Shown: positions 1-14,554 of the stretch, piece by piece
Layout: each line of letters begins with the position of its first letter
Position numbering within the stretch: the stretch's first letter is position 1
DNA from: Chrysomallon squamiferum
Taxonomy: Eukaryota > Animalia > Mollusca
Direction: 5' to 3'
Length of the DNA: 64,000 nt
NCBI GenBank assembly: GCA_012295275.1
Contig: CM022670.1
Span: 27,094,001 to 27,158,000, forward strand
Program-made: the position numbers and the translations under genes
Notes under the pieces: model-generated
What the model saw: only the letters and a program-made list of their open reading frames with translations
Told to the model about the DNA's origin: nothing
Database searches by the model: none

Positions 1-1440
1 TATACAGATAAACACAACTGAAAGTAATTAGAGAAGTGTTTGAATATAATCCCGTTTTATTCATATGTGTATTCCCTTTTGTTATACTTGTCTTCCTTTA
101 TGCCTAAAGATAAACTGGATATGCTTTGATTAACAAGTACAATGTATTCACTAGTCACAATACAAATCTGATGAAATCAAGATTTGTATAACAGGATTTC
201 ATTAGATGAATGGGACAATGCAATTTCTCACTTGTTATTTAATCAAATAAAATAACATTTAAAATGAATTGAACTGAACGTTATGCCTGCATGTAATTTT
301 CATCTGCTATATTCATTCTTAATGAAGCCACTGATTACCGATTGTTTTAGACCCCAGTATAAAATAAAATAAAAGAATTATACTTTAAAAATGTGCATAA
401 AGAATGAACTCTTCACCCTCTTTCTTTGATAGTAAACTGTTATATAATATGAATTCTAATAATTTTTTATTATTATTATTATAAATACAGACTGAAATAT
501 GAATTATTTGTTTATCATTTATACATGGTCATTAGTACTTCAAAAAGTAACTATTTTTTAAACATTTTCTTTTATACTTGTCAAATTGTTAATTACAGAT
601 AGACAGGATTCCACTAATTTACTTTTTATAATTTACTGTTCAAGATTTTTAATAACTTTCACAAATGAGTAGCATGCAAGCATTTGGTATCATTGGTTTT
701 AAGATCAATCAAAATTTCTACCCAGTGTCCTGAAACATGGATTATCAAAAAACTTGGTAATCTTTTCCCGAATTTGGAAATATGTACATAAAATAAAACC
801 AGTAGTTACTGATTAATATAGCCCAGAATGGCTGTATTTCACAATCATTTACTCAAGTCATATTTTTAAAATCCAATGATGTATGTTATTTATTTGGCAC
901 AAAACTGGAATCATCGTTAAAGATATATTTTTATTATTATTTATTTATCTTTTTGTAACTGTAATAATTGCAGTAAAATATTATTTCTCCCATCTGACAA
1001 TGCATAAAATAAAATGACCATTTCTTATTAACTTAAACAATAAAAATTAATATATTAATAATATTATTGTATAATAAAATAATGTGAAAAAATGTATATA
1101 AAAATGTTTAGAAAACGAACGGATTAGATACGCTTTTAATGATTAATATTATTCGAAGAATATATATTCGTAAATGTACATTTCTTACTTTTTAACTTTT
1201 GTGCTTTAAATATTTGATGACACAGACTGGATTACGTAAGTTAGATTGAAACGAAATTACAACACCATCGAACTTTGAACATCATTTGACATTGCCGCAT
1301 AGCGTTGCAGCATGAATGAGAAAATCATAAAACGGCGAATAAAAACAACAACAATATAAAGAAAACTTTTACCTATGATCTTTTTTAAAATTTATGTTTC
1401 TTTAACATTTTATAAATCAGAATAAAGACATTACCTTTAC

Positions 1441-1540
1441 CTGGAATTGCAAAATCCTAGAAGAAAAAATTAGACCTCGCACACTACCGAGTGCAAAAAC
1501 AACCACGTGATTTGATGTCTGACCTGAACTTCCGGGCTGT
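1441..1540 (-). promoter_or_regulatory. Putative promoter/first exon of an unidentified minus-strand gene running off the left edge
   Basis: CpG-rich patch at about 1100-1580. Minus-strand donor CAG|GTAAAG at 1441/1440, E-box CACGTG 1504-1509, ETS-type ACTTCCGG 1528-1535. Sequence 1-1100 is CpG-poor like a gene body. No coding exon recognised. Confidence 0.4.
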
Positions 1541-1652
1541 TGCACATTGACTGTGCCCACAAAAAAGGTTTAAACGACCAACTTCAAAAAAAAAAATAAT
1601 AATAATAATAATAAATAAATAAATAAATAAATAAAAATATAATTTAAAAATA

Positions 1653-1685
<33 letters not shown>

Positions 1686-4600
1686 TAGAAAAGCACTATC
1701 TCTGTAAATCATTTGTTACATAATATTTGTTTAAGGGTCTCCTAAGATACAGTTAATTGTAAATATTGTTTGTAACAGGAATCCAACTATTTTAACCTGC
1801 GACTGCTGAAATTGAAAATTCTTAATCGATTTTTAGTAATTAGTTTTGAATATATCTAAGTACAAATAAGACTAAGTTATCGAGCTGACTTACAATTCAT
1901 ATTTTAATATAATACATAATATAAGAAGGATAGTAATCATTGGTACCACGAACTGACGAATATTTTCATGCAGAACTGAATTCATTTTTGACAGTTTCTA
2001 ATTTTTCACTAATCTGGCTTCTTTTTTCTTGTTCTTTCTTTCCTTCTTTCTTTCTTTCTTTCTTCATTCCTTCTGCGTTTTATTCTTTTATTTTGTTTTT
2101 ATTTTTTTATCAACTAGTTTACACTTTGATTAATGCATATTCTTCTACAGATTTTGCTTTTCCTTCCGAATGGGACAACATAAACAAAAGAAAGAAAGAA
2201 AGAAAGAAAATAAGAAAGAATAATAATTACAACGACAAAAAAAAAAAGTCTATCTGCTATAGTTTATTTTACCACTTTAAAAAAGAATTTGTGAAGCATG
2301 GCTGTGCCCGAGCTGTTCATACAGAAACTGGCAGAACTGAATCATAATAACAATATCCAAAATATTTCACAACTGGATCATTATTTTAATGCGCAGAGTA
2401 ATTATGCATATACGATTAGATTGTGAAGGGTTTGTCATTAATATAAATGTCCTTTCTTGGAAAATGTTCGTTTTCTTATTTAAACTTTCTAGAGAAATAC
2501 TCCAACCTTTAAATTCTAAAAATGGTTTTTGTACGTATATCAGGCAACTCGTTGAACAATAAGTATTATTAGATTTGGTCCGATAAATCTGCTTAGTTAT
2601 TTAAATTAAGGTTCTAACAGCACTACGTGACTTTAAAATATCATCAACATTAAAAAAAACTGGCGACTGAATGAAATGATTAAAGAATCATATAAAATAC
2701 GTGAACACTAGTGACCGAAGTCTTTATTATCATTATTACTGTACTTCTATTGCTACTGATATTGCCGCTCATATTACTGCTACTTATTACTCTAATACAA
2801 CCAAAATTCCTACAGCTAGCGCTACTGCTACTACTACTACTACGACAATAATAATAATAATAATAACTTAAAGATAACCATCAGGAAAACTCAACTCATA
2901 GACTGGATTATCTATTAGTTTTTCATTTATTTATCCATAAAATTCACTTCTTACAAGATTCATGCAGTTTTTAAAACCACGAATGAAACTGAAATGATTT
3001 CGCCCTATATGATAATTAAAAAACATCCAAATTATAGAAATACGTTTTTTTAAAGATAAATCCATTATGCTGTTACATTTTGAGTCCGAAGTATTAATTT
3101 AAAAATCAGTTAAAAGTCTATCATACTTCTTTGTTATTTTTATCTTCAGTTATTCTTATTAAGTTTTCAAAGTTTGTAATAATAAAAAGTTCGCTTACTT
3201 CTCTTTTCAATCTATTTAAGGGGAAATGACTCTTCTCGGACAATTGACAGTGTAGTTTAGTCCCATTTCAGTGCTACGCTATCTAATGTGTTACCGGTTT
3301 TTGTAAAATATCAGTATGGAAAAAATAAAAGTGATTCTTTCTTAGTCGTTATCGGATTTTCGTTTCGTAAATAATATTTTAATAATAAACAGTTACTGGA
3401 TATATATACTTGTTTCTGAACAAAACTGCATTAATATCAATTCGATATATTACAGAAATATCACAATTTCATTAGAAATCTGTGTTACAGGAGATTTTCT
3501 ATGTGGTTGTGTATATGCAGATTTGTGCATTAGTTTCAGAATGATGACTATATAACCAAAAAAAAAAATATATATATATATATCTTCCAATCTCTTATAC
3601 TGGTTATTTAATTCGTCTGCTTAATTAATAGAGTCTGTATGTGTATGCTTTAGAGCATGTGACTGTGCTTGTGCGTGCATTTCATTATTGTCAGAATGGT
3701 CGGTACTTAAATATTCTGCAGTACATGTTAACATCAGTTGTTCGGGTATTAAACCCCGTTGACAGGTGTTTCTATAATAAATCTATGGAAACACACTTTA
3801 CAGTAAATAACCAAATAATATCTTGTGATGATCATAAAATTGTATTGCATTAGTCAGATTAATCATAGAGAAACGTCTATCTTATTCTATCTTTACACTT
3901 AATCTTTTTCACTGTTGTAAAAATTCATATAATATCTTCACTCAATCTATTTACAAGGTTCCTAGAGACATTTTTGTACTGGTGTAGATGTTTTATTGCA
4001 TTAATGAATGTACATCTTCTAAGGGTTATATTGTAAATGTTATTAAAAACTTTAAAAATGAAATAATTATTATTTATAAAAAAATCGAGATTTTTAAAAG
4101 ATTCTTTATTAATCAATAATCAACGTTCGTTTATAATAATATATATGATATAACAGTAATGATAAAATGATTTCTAATCAATATTCATGTATTATGAAAC
4201 ACTCATAAACTGAAAATTGTAAAGCAAACATGAAATATCGCACCAGCAGCTCTGTTCCAGGATCGAAACGTTCCGAAATGATATTTACACTGCATATTTC
4301 GATAATGTAACAAGTATTTGACCTATTTTTTTATATATTTTTGTTTTCCTTTTTTTTTTTTTCCTTCTAGACATTCAATAAATTCTATTTTTATAACAGT
4401 AATCTGGAATGCTTCATTTGATATCAGCAAAAATAAGCTTTGTGAAGTAAGTAGATGGTAATTATTGAGGATTTTTTCCAATTTCACATGTCCACCTGCC
4501 ACGGGCACACGGGCAGCTCGCAAGTAAGTCCAGTATATTCTCTAAAAGCCGATAAAATGACAGTGATAATTACAATATTTATAACATGAGTATAACACGG

Positions 4601-5085
4601 GACGTGTATGCACCTATTAGAGCGTTGCGAGCATCATTGCTGAAAATGTTTTCGATTTAGAAAATAAAGTCTGAAATTATCGGATTTTACTGGACTAAAA
4701 TGGTAATAGCCATTTTACGTCTTTTATTTCGCATCCTTAAGGTAGGTCCATTTAAATTGTATTGATAGGGCCGATAATCATAAATACACACCATTAAATA
4801 ACGCTTTTGGAATTGTTTCCTTTGAATGAAGTCCAAAAGTCATCACTTTCATAAATTGAGCTATTTATTGTAGCGTAAGTTCTTGGAATGGCTATCGCAG
4901 TCTGCACATAAAATCAAAACGACCCATCCTCGTAACCTATTTTTCCCAGGCAACAGATATTATGCAATTTCAGGCCATCTCAGCATTTTGAAGAATCAAA
5001 GCACGCCTATCATGAGCTTACTTTTCTAGTATCTCAGCGAAAGTCTTTTCCAGAAAAACGGATTTCATATTCTCGTAACAATATT

Positions 5086-5538
5086 TCAACAAACCGATTC
5101 CTGAGTTAACAAAGTCTGCTCAGACTTGTCTTTCACTACGTAAGTTCTGTACATCACTTTTTCATCTTTTTTAGCACATTTCCTGTTGGTTATCGCTGTA
5201 ATGGTTGGCTGCTTCGTGCACAAGGAAAAGAAGTAGTAACCAATCCCAGAGCCGAGAATCACAACCACAAGAATCCAAACGTTATACGTCATGACGCAAA
5301 GCATCATAGCGTAGCCCACAGCGAAATGAACAATGTGTATCACTGTTTTCCACAGCTGAGAAAATACTCTGAAGACATTTTTATTTTTCACAATTCTGAA
5401 ATAATAATAACAATGCATAATAATTATGATACTAATAAAACCTCTCTCTCAGAGCTCCTTAAAAATTATATGAGGATGTAAAAAATTTAAATAAACTGTT
5501 ATTCGTTAATTATATGTTAATCCAGTATGCATGTCTGT

Positions 5539-5579
<41 letters not shown>

Positions 5580-5585
5580 TGTGTC

Positions 5586-5684
<99 letters not shown>

Positions 5685-8600
5685 CCAGGTTTTGAAAACT
5701 AATATTTATTTATTCAATTAGATTTCATAAAAACTTAAAATTTATAACTTCCTTTACTTATGATTTCTAAAGCTCAAAAAAGAAAAAAAAAAAAAAAAAA
5801 GCACTTACCTTGGAACTCTTTTACTAACTTCGGTTTTCACGTAGAATTTTATTCCTTCAAAGAAAACAGCCAAGAAAAAGGAAACTAGCATTGCAGAAAC
5901 AAGTCCTGAAAGTTATAACAGTTTTATTATCTTTTGCGTAAAACAAACTTGTTTATTATAATATTGTTTTAATTAGAATTTCTTTCTCTGTTGTTTTTGT
6001 TCATATCTGTATATATCTGTATCTGTTTTAGTTTGTGCTTCATAATTCTGTGATACATACAGTAGTATATCGAGTTATGCGTGTACAACTTACGAGTTTT
6101 CCGAGTTACAACCAGTTGTCCGGTCGATTTTATGCTTTGAGTTGCGAGCCAAAATCCGAGTTTCAGATACGCCGCCGCTAGTTGGCGCAACGGTTCATTA
6201 GATATAGGAAACTGCAGTGAGTTCATTTATAACTGGGTCAAGTGTGTTTGCATGTATGTGTGTTTGTGATTACTTTGTCTTTCTTATCTTAATTTGTTAT
6301 TGATATTATTTCTTTTCTTTTTTCTTTAATTTTGTTTTTGTTTTTTATTTTATGTTTTATATATATATTTTTTTATATATTATATATATGCAAGCATCTA
6401 AGTATGTCTGTACATGTGCATATATGTACGGTTTTATGTGTATGCACGTGTGCATATAGGTATGTGTGTCTGTGTGTGTGTCTGAATGGTCTATGCAGTG
6501 GTTGATCTAAGGTATGGCAGGTTTAACACGAGAGCTGGGTATTAATAAGTAGTTTCTATCACGGTAAAGTTATGTAATATGTGTGTCTGTGTGAGATTGT
6601 GTGTACATGTGTGTGTGTGTGGTGTTTAGGCTATGTGAAATTTCTGTAATTTATCTGTAATTTCTAGGTACATATTTATTATGTACGTGAATGTATATGA
6701 ATGTGAGCCTGTGTGCATGCATACGTAAACATGTGTGTGTGTCTGCCTGCCTGCCTGTCTGTCTGTCTGTCCTTATATATGAAAGTGTGTGCTTTATGCA
6801 TTTATGTATGTGTCTACGCGGATTTGTGTACATGTGCGGGTGTGTATGTTTATGAGTTCAAGACAGATTAAAATGCAGGTAAATAAGAGCGGTTTTTGTC
6901 TTCGATTCCTTCAGGTTCTTATAGCAAACAGGATTTTCAGCAAGTCAGTTAACTTCCATCTTCCTTTTCCTTGTACATCCCGGGTCATCTCACTGCTGAG
7001 TAACTTCTCCGTTATTTTTCTTTCTTTTTTTTTTTTCTTCTTCTTCTTCTTATTCTTCTTTGTGAGTATTTTTTTAGAGTATTTCTTTGACAGATAATAT
7101 ATCTGTTTCGGTTTCCATAACGATTAACTCAAAACTTTCAGGTTCAACAATTTTGTAAACGTTCCATTCTTGAAGCAAAAAAAAAAAAGTTAATTTCTTC
7201 AGTAGTTGTCTCAGTGCTGTCGTCTCGTTTGTAACTGTTTGTTAATCTTTAACTGTACCCTGATACGCGTCAGACTTTCAGATGCAGTTGCTGGAGTTCA
7301 CATCTCGGAGTCTAGAACTCAAATAATCAGTTGACAAGATACTTGTTACAAATAAATGACGTTAACACAGTGGATTAGAATAGTTTCCGTTTCAAGTTCT
7401 TGAAGAGCTTCTTATATAAATTTTGGATTATATTTATCTTGTTTTTATTTTGTAGGATTAAACGGTTGGGAATGTAAAAAGCAGAGGACGTACACGAAAA
7501 CAGCCAAATTATTTAATTCAAACTTACAAATTTAATAATAATGACAGACAGGTAATAATAGTAATTTTACTACTACTACTACTACTGTTAATAATAATAA
7601 TAATAATACAGAGACATACTGACATAGATGTAAACAGTGAAAGAAAGAAAAACAAACAGATAGACAAACACATTTGTTGCTGCTTCTGTTGTTATTATTA
7701 TTTATTGAATTGAATGTTTTCGGACTTGCAATAAAATCTGTTCATGTTGTAAAGAATTGAAGTATTACTGATCTGTCTTTCGAATTCTCTGTCGCGTGGA
7801 GTGCAATGACAATAAATGACTGAGTGGAGAGTGATACAAGTAAAATGAATTATTTATGTGTCTGTTTGTTGGTTGTTGTTGCTTTTTTGTTTGTTTGTTT
7901 GTTGTTGTTTTTTGTATTTTTATTTTTATTATGTTGCTGTTGTTGTTGATACTGATGATGTTGATGATGGTATTACTGCTGTTTTTACTTGCTTGAATCT
8001 TTTACTAACCTGGTATAGTTCCTAAAATCCACGTTTCAAACATTAGTGATGTGTTTGTCTTTGTCGAAAAGAAAACCTGAAATGGTAGAATATAAATTAT
8101 TAACAACTGCAACAAAATAATTTTAAAAATCTTTTTTTTTTAAATTGTTATTTAATTTTATTTATTTATTTATTTCTGAAATATTTACTTAGATTTTATT
8201 TAATTTCATCTGAAATAATGGCTAGACGAATGTTATTTAATTATAAAAGTTGTTATCTCACACGAGATATTGAGCGTTATTTTAGACATACAGGTCACAT
8301 CAGGTTATAGATACTGTATACGTGTACTCTGCGGTTTAGCCTTGAACTAGTTTAAGCGTTAAAAATATATAAACACGTGCACATTTTTTCCCACCTGACC
8401 TGATTTATTCAGTATTAACTGAGTTACTCATGTGTAAAGGTATTGCACAGTATTACATTACCAACAATTCCGCGCATTTTAATACTGTTTTTACGTTATC
8501 ATTGGATCTGAAATTATTATTATTCGTTGATATTAAACGTTGTTGTTGTGTAATAGTCGCTGTTGTTGCTGTTGTATCATTCATTCATTCATTATTAGTA

Positions 8601-9450
8601 TTGTTATTCCATTGTTGTTTTTGTTACTATTATTTACTATTTTGTTATTTTTTGCTGGAAAATCCTTAGTAAATATTATTCATTATTGCACCATCCTCGG
8701 ACATTATCGTCCCTTCACCATAAACATCAGGACATTTCCCATTAATATTTCACAATATCATTTCTTATAAATAAATTAAAAAAAAAAAAAAAAATATTTA
8801 TTTATTTATGTATTTTTAAATTTAATAAAATGTTGTTTAATTAGAATCATTCCAACTAACTCACAAAATTTCTAACAATAAAAATACCAAAATAAGTCAT
8901 TTCGTTTGGACCTAGTAAAAACAACTGAGATGTCAAAGCAAGGTTAAGACAATAATTCATTCATAAGGAGATGTAGATCGAGAAAATTCTGTCAGTGTCA
9001 CAGACTTATAAGAAATTCAGTTACGTAGTAAAATAAACAGTTGAACGGTAGACATTTAGTTAAGTCCCCAGTGTATTAAGGCTATTTCTTTAACACAGAT
9101 AAATCGTTAAGTAAACTAGCTGTCAGGTTAACGGGTTTATTGCAGATGTTTAATTAGTGCGTGGTCTTTGTTGCCGTTCTTACGGATTAACGCTTTTCAT
9201 AAGACAGTAATTCAAAGAATAATGATTATGTAACAAGTGTCAACAATCAACGTCTCTATCTATTGACGATTTCAGTTAGACTCGGCCCATGGAAGTTTGC
9301 AATTGACATTTCAATTATCTTCAACTATTTTACATCTGTCATGCAAAAATATGTATACTAATACCTACAAACACATCCAAACATACATAAATACTTTCAT
9401 TTATTATGATTATGATTATGATTATGATTATGATTATGATTATGATTATG

Positions 9451-9507
<57 letters not shown>

Positions 9508-9856
9508 GCTGGTGTTGTTGTTGTTGTCATCGTCATCATCATTATAACATATCAAAAATAATTTTATAAAATAAAAAGTAGAGTGAAATAAAGATGACGC
9601 AGTGAAATGTGAAGTAATAATTGTATAAAACAGAACAGAGCAGAAGGGGGCAGAAAGCGATAAGAAAAACAAATGAATATATAAACAAATAAAAGATAAC
9701 TCTGCGTGTACTTACGTGATGACTTCCTTTTTTCATATGCATTTGCATTCGAGTTCCATCGCTAACGTTGACGTGAAGATGCTCCGAAATGTTGTTTCCA
9801 TCCATGTTGCTGTCACTGTTGTAGTTATGGAGGTGTGATCTGTAGGATTCATTCAT
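5086..9856 (-). CDS. SLC31A1: SLC31/CTR-family copper transporter, paralogue A (195 aa, 4 coding exons)
   Basis: complement(join(5086..5368,5809..5905,8010..8076,9716..9856)). All introns GT-AG, phases 0,1,2; 588 nt in frame. His/Met-rich N-terminus (MQMHM, HLH twice), LMFETW, TM1 ending LAVFFEGIK, TM2 YAMMLCVMTYN (MxxxM), TM3 GSGIG (GxxxG). The symbol denotes the family; orthology to SLC31A1 versus SLC31A2 is unresolved. Confidence 0.93.
5542..5679. repeat. Compound (TG)n-(AG)n microsatellite
   Basis: Directly visible in the last intron of CTR paralogue A. Confidence 0.95.
6060..6195. mobile_element. Terminal fragment of a Tigger/pogo-like DNA transposon (same family as 51734-52410)
   Basis: TA followed by CAGTAGTATATCGAGTTA. 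The segment GATTTTATGCTTTGAGTTGCGAGCCAAAATCCGAGTT aligns to the reverse complement of about 52290-52410 (GATTTTACGCTTTGAGTTGCAAGCCAAAATCCAAGTT). Confidence 0.8.
9402..9507. repeat. (ATTATG)n grading into (ATT)n microsatellite
   Basis: Directly visible; explains the poly-YD, poly-I and poly-N ORFs in the track. Confidence 0.95.
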
Positions 9857-9994
9857 AACTCAGTGAACGTTGAAAATTAGTTTTAAAAAGGATCGCTGTG
9901 AAATAAAAAGGGAATTACTAATAGATTCAGTGATGTTATAAAGTTTCTATCAGATATGTGTTAACAGTTTTCGTTTAAATATACCTGGGGATTT

Positions 9995-10210
9995 CAGGGG
10001 TGGATCCAACATTTCAGAGAAAAGGGGTGGAAGATGTAATTTTCTAGATGATACGAACGCGATTAAATGTAAATCAGATTTCAGTGGGGATCGAGAATTT
10101 CCCCAAAATGCTTGAAATGACTGTTGTGAATACAACGAGTTTTGTAATAAAGAAAAGGAAAAATCAGTCACAAAAAAAAGGGGGGGCGCTTGGGTGGTGT
10201 GCATTCAGTG
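9995..10210 (+). mobile_element. Degenerate MITE-like repeat with CAGGGGYGGATCC-type terminus
   Basis: CAGGGGTGGATCCAACATTT...AAAGGGGTGG at the start and a G-run GGGGGGCGC near the end resemble common invertebrate non-autonomous DNA elements. The second terminal repeat is not recognisable. Confidence 0.3.
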
Positions 10211-11052
10211 AACAAGCGATCTGTTTTGGGGTCCCAGTGCAGTCACCCGTGTAACTTCCCCGTAAAACGAACCGTTTTCTTTTGTGATTGTTTTCTTTTC
10301 CCTATCTGGCATACAAACGAAAAAAACAGAATGTGGTGAATCCGATGTCCAGAACAACCTAGAAGGCTGACCATTACTTCCAGTCCATCCGAAACTGACC
10401 CATTCATTCTTTCACATAACTTTATACTCCACTGTTTGTTATTGTCAAGAAAACTGTAGTCTATTATTCAATCCGATGAGTTTTACGAATAACTTAAGTT
10501 TTATGTTTTTGTTGTTCGTAACTTTCTTGATGTTCAGCTAAGCTAATCTTGAAGATAATTGCTTTTTCATTCGTGTGTTCATTTATTCACTCACTCACTC
10601 ACTCACTCACTCATTTATTCATACATTTGATCATTCTTCCCTTTCCTTATTCTTCCTTCTGTCTTTTAAGGGATAATTTAAGTACATGCATAGATTTTAC
10701 ATCGAGGTTTAAGGTGCCGGCCAAAACGATGGATGAAAAATAATCGCTACTGGGTTTTGTTGATATATATATATATATAATTAAATTTTAAAGAAACAAA
10801 ATGTGTTTGTCGATATTCGTAACAGGCACAGATTTAAGTTTGCAGACGCAACTGATAACCGAATTACGAAACTGTAAATATTGCAATTTCAGTATGAAAT
10901 AAACTAAACAAAAAAAAAGAAATATCACTGACATTGTAAAAAAGCATTGTAAATCTTCTTAGATAAAATATGAAATTAGAAATAATGCTTTCTTGATTTC
11001 TTCTTTTATTCTCATTTTTCTCTTGTTTACTTTTACATTATTATTATTGTTG

Positions 11053-11055
<3 letters not shown>

Positions 11056-11149
<94 letters not shown>

Positions 11150-11282
11150 GATGAAATGTTGTTGGCTTTCTTACTTTGTTTTGCTTCCACTATGAAAAAT
11201 TGTGATGACTTAATCTTTGCGAATAAATAAAATAAAATGAATGAATGAATTAATGAATTAATTAATGAAAATTAATAACAAC

Positions 11283-11315
<33 letters not shown>

Positions 11316-11398
11316 CATATATAAATTAAATTAATAAACAATAATAATAATAAAATAAAAAAAATAAAATAAAATAAAACCAAAAAAAAATAAAAAAA

Positions 11399-11429
<31 letters not shown>

Positions 11430-11434
11430 AAAAA

Positions 11435-11489
<55 letters not shown>

Positions 11490-11990
11490 AATAAAATAAA
11501 ATAAAATAAAATAAAATAATAAGTAAATCATTATGTACATGCATACATACATGTAACTAACACTGTGTCAAAACGACCACATCAGTTATTAAATCACATA
11601 ACATTATATTATATTACATTATGCTATGTAACGTTACGTTACGTTACGTTATATTATATCCATATTACATTTATTATATTATATTATATTATATTATATT
11701 ATATTATATTATATTATATTATATTATATTAATTATATTATATCATATTATTTTATTTTATGTTATATTATTTTATTAATGCTCGAAGTGGACAAATATA
11801 TACATACATATATGCATACATACAGACATAGATTCGTACAGAGATTCATACATATATACATACGTAAAACCTACATACATATATACATGCATACATGCAT
11901 ACATGCATACATGCATACATTCATACACACATACACACATACACATACAAACATACATATAAAAAGAAGAGGAATTATGATCATCACCTG
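11056..11990. repeat. Cluster of simple repeats: (ATT)n, (TA)n, (AAAT)n, (ATATT/ACGTT)n, (CATA)n
   Basis: Directly visible at about 11056-11147, 11285-11310, 11397-11520, 11605-11750 and 11800-11960. Confidence 0.9.
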
Positions 11991-12490
11991 TACCCTCTAG
12001 ATATACATTTAGATTGTTCTAAAAATATTTTCTCTTATTAATTTTCCACCTTTTGTGGTGTTGGTCTCCGTAGACATAGTTTGTCAGATGAAACAGGAGA
12101 TAGTATTGTTTAGACTCCGCATGACTTATTTTTATTATTTGTTATTAAATTTGTCTGGAATAAAATGCTTAAATTATTATTCTTGTTTCCATACTGATCA
12201 AATAGCAGCAGCAGCGACAGTAGCAACATTAACAGCAATAAAAACAGTAATAATAATAAGAAAAAGAGCAACAACAAAAACATAACCAGAATGACAACAT
12301 TTTAAGCAATAATAATAAATAAAAGAGAAAAAGAAGAACATTAAGAAAAACAGCAGCAAGAATAATAATAATAAATAAAATAATAACAAAAAAGGTGGTA
12401 AAAAGAAAAAGGAAACAGAGAGAAAAAGATAAGAATTTAGCAAAAGAGTAATTTACAAAAAAATTACAATTTACATAAAAATATATTTAC

Positions 12491-12860
12491 CTTTTCGTTC
12501 ACAGAAATCATAATATTATGAATTTATGAAGTATTTTGTCAATGAAAGGTGACAGTTCAGGAAGATTTTCAAAAGTCTGCACTTACAAAAAAAAAAAAAA
12601 AAAGAAGAAGAAAACATGTTTACCTCTATGTTCACAGAAATCGTATTGGTGTTTAACGAATTAGTTAAGTACTTTCAGTGATTCTTTTCCACAGGATGTA
12701 ATGATATCGTCTTGCAAATGTCTAAACTATCGCATTACTTTTAGCTGTGTTATATAATGACACGACTGCCCAGTCGCAGTTTTCATTGACTAATTATTTG
12801 CAGACTCTCATACTGAATGTATGAATGAATGGAAGAAAAGATAAGGGTTGAGTCACGTGT
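12491..12860 (-). promoter_or_regulatory. Putative promoter and non-coding first exon of CTR paralogue A
   Basis: The ATG exon has an acceptor at 9895 (ttttatttcacag), so an upstream exon is expected. Minus-strand donors AG|GTAAA at 12491 and 12624, TATATAA near 12750, overlapping TGAGTCA (12849-12855) and GTCACGTG (12852-12859). Confidence 0.4.
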
Positions 12861-12966
12861 TGTCTACATAAAAATATCGATGAAAATCTGTGCAGATAAA
12901 CACATCCATACTTTTCAGTATTAATTTAACTTCTTGTTTGGAAACGTTGTTTTTGGCTTCTTTGTT

Positions 12967-13016
<50 letters not shown>

Positions 13017-13215
13017 TTGTTTAATCTTGAAAGTTTTATGTTCCCCAGTGATAAATACGTCTCTTTTCTAAATCCTGAACCCGTTTATAATTAAAATATA
13101 TTTGTTATTTATTTACTTATTTATTTATAATAATATAATTTGATAAGAAAATAGCAGCTTTCAGTGTTTCGTTGTATGAACCTTCCTTTAAACGCGAAGT
13201 AAAAAAAATCCATAA

Positions 13216-13248
<33 letters not shown>

Positions 13249-13628
13249 AAGCACAGATTACAACTGGAAATAACAAAATGTGCTCATCTAGAAGGACTGA
13301 TCCCAAGCACCTGAAGATATCACTGTACAGGAGAGCTACGGTTCACTCAAGAGTTATTTTCTCTTTTTGTTTTAACACATCTGTGTTTCAGTTACGTGGA
13401 TTACGTGAAAATGAACGACATTTTACAATCACAGTTCTGAAGTGTAATAGTTTATTCACTATTAATGGCTTCTTGTCTGTCTGTTACAATGCAAGCTGCC
13501 AGTTCCACGGTTGAGTAGACGGACGCGACAGTTTATCACTTGTCGAACTTACAATACGTGCATCTTGTTTCCTGTCCCTTCTTTCCTTTATCATCAACAT
13601 CATCAACATTTATTATTATTATTATTGT

Positions 13629-13660
<32 letters not shown>

Positions 13661-14015
13661 TTGTTAGTGTGGTTGTTGGTAGATGTGGTGGTAGTGCGCT
13701 TGCCACAGCTGTTGTTGTTGTTTTATACTATTTTATTTTAACGTTATAAAATGCTAATAAAACATCGTTCTTTAATAATTAATCCGGCACATTTTTTTCA
13801 AAAAGAGCATTTCAAAAGTAAAAAGAAAAAGCAGTTTAAAATAAAAATACTGGATAAATGTTTCATGGCAACGGCATTTACAGAGATTATGAAGAAACGA
13901 ATTAATGATTAATATTAATAGAAACATTAAAAATAAAAACAAGAAAAAGAATAACGATGATAATTATACCAACATTAGAAGAAACAGTTTTGACAAATAT
14001 ACTTATGCCTAAAAA

Positions 14016-14049
<34 letters not shown>

Positions 14050-14554
14050 CATACATACATACATATATACATATATACATACATTCTTACATACATACAT
14101 AAATAAATAAATAAATAAAAATATTTACATTATTTCTTACCTGTTCGTAAATTCAAATGATCCATTTTTCTGATCAACTTACGTACTGATGCAAGCTGCA
14201 GTATAAAATATAAATTTAAAATAAATAAATAAAAGGTTTAAGAAATAATAAAAAAAAAAAAAAAAAAAAAAATAGAAAAGAAAATATTGATAACTGATTG
14301 GACAATAATCCAGGAACAGAATTTTAAATGAGTATTTTTTTTTTTTTTTTTTTTTTATGTAAATACACGCTAACCCGGATTTTCACCCGAATCAAGGCAG
14401 AAAATAACAAATGTATTTTTCACTTAAACTGAGCAACAAATTTCTAACTAGGAACAACGTATTATAATACGAAACAGAATAAGTTAACAATAAATTTACT
14501 TTTTGATAAGTTTCCCATCGGTTCCCAAATTATAATTGTGTTTTTTTATTTGTA

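Noticed and set aside
13312-13330. GATATCACTGTA matching the Tigger-like TIR end at 52401-52412
   Set aside because: Only 12 bp match and the adjacent sequence does not align.
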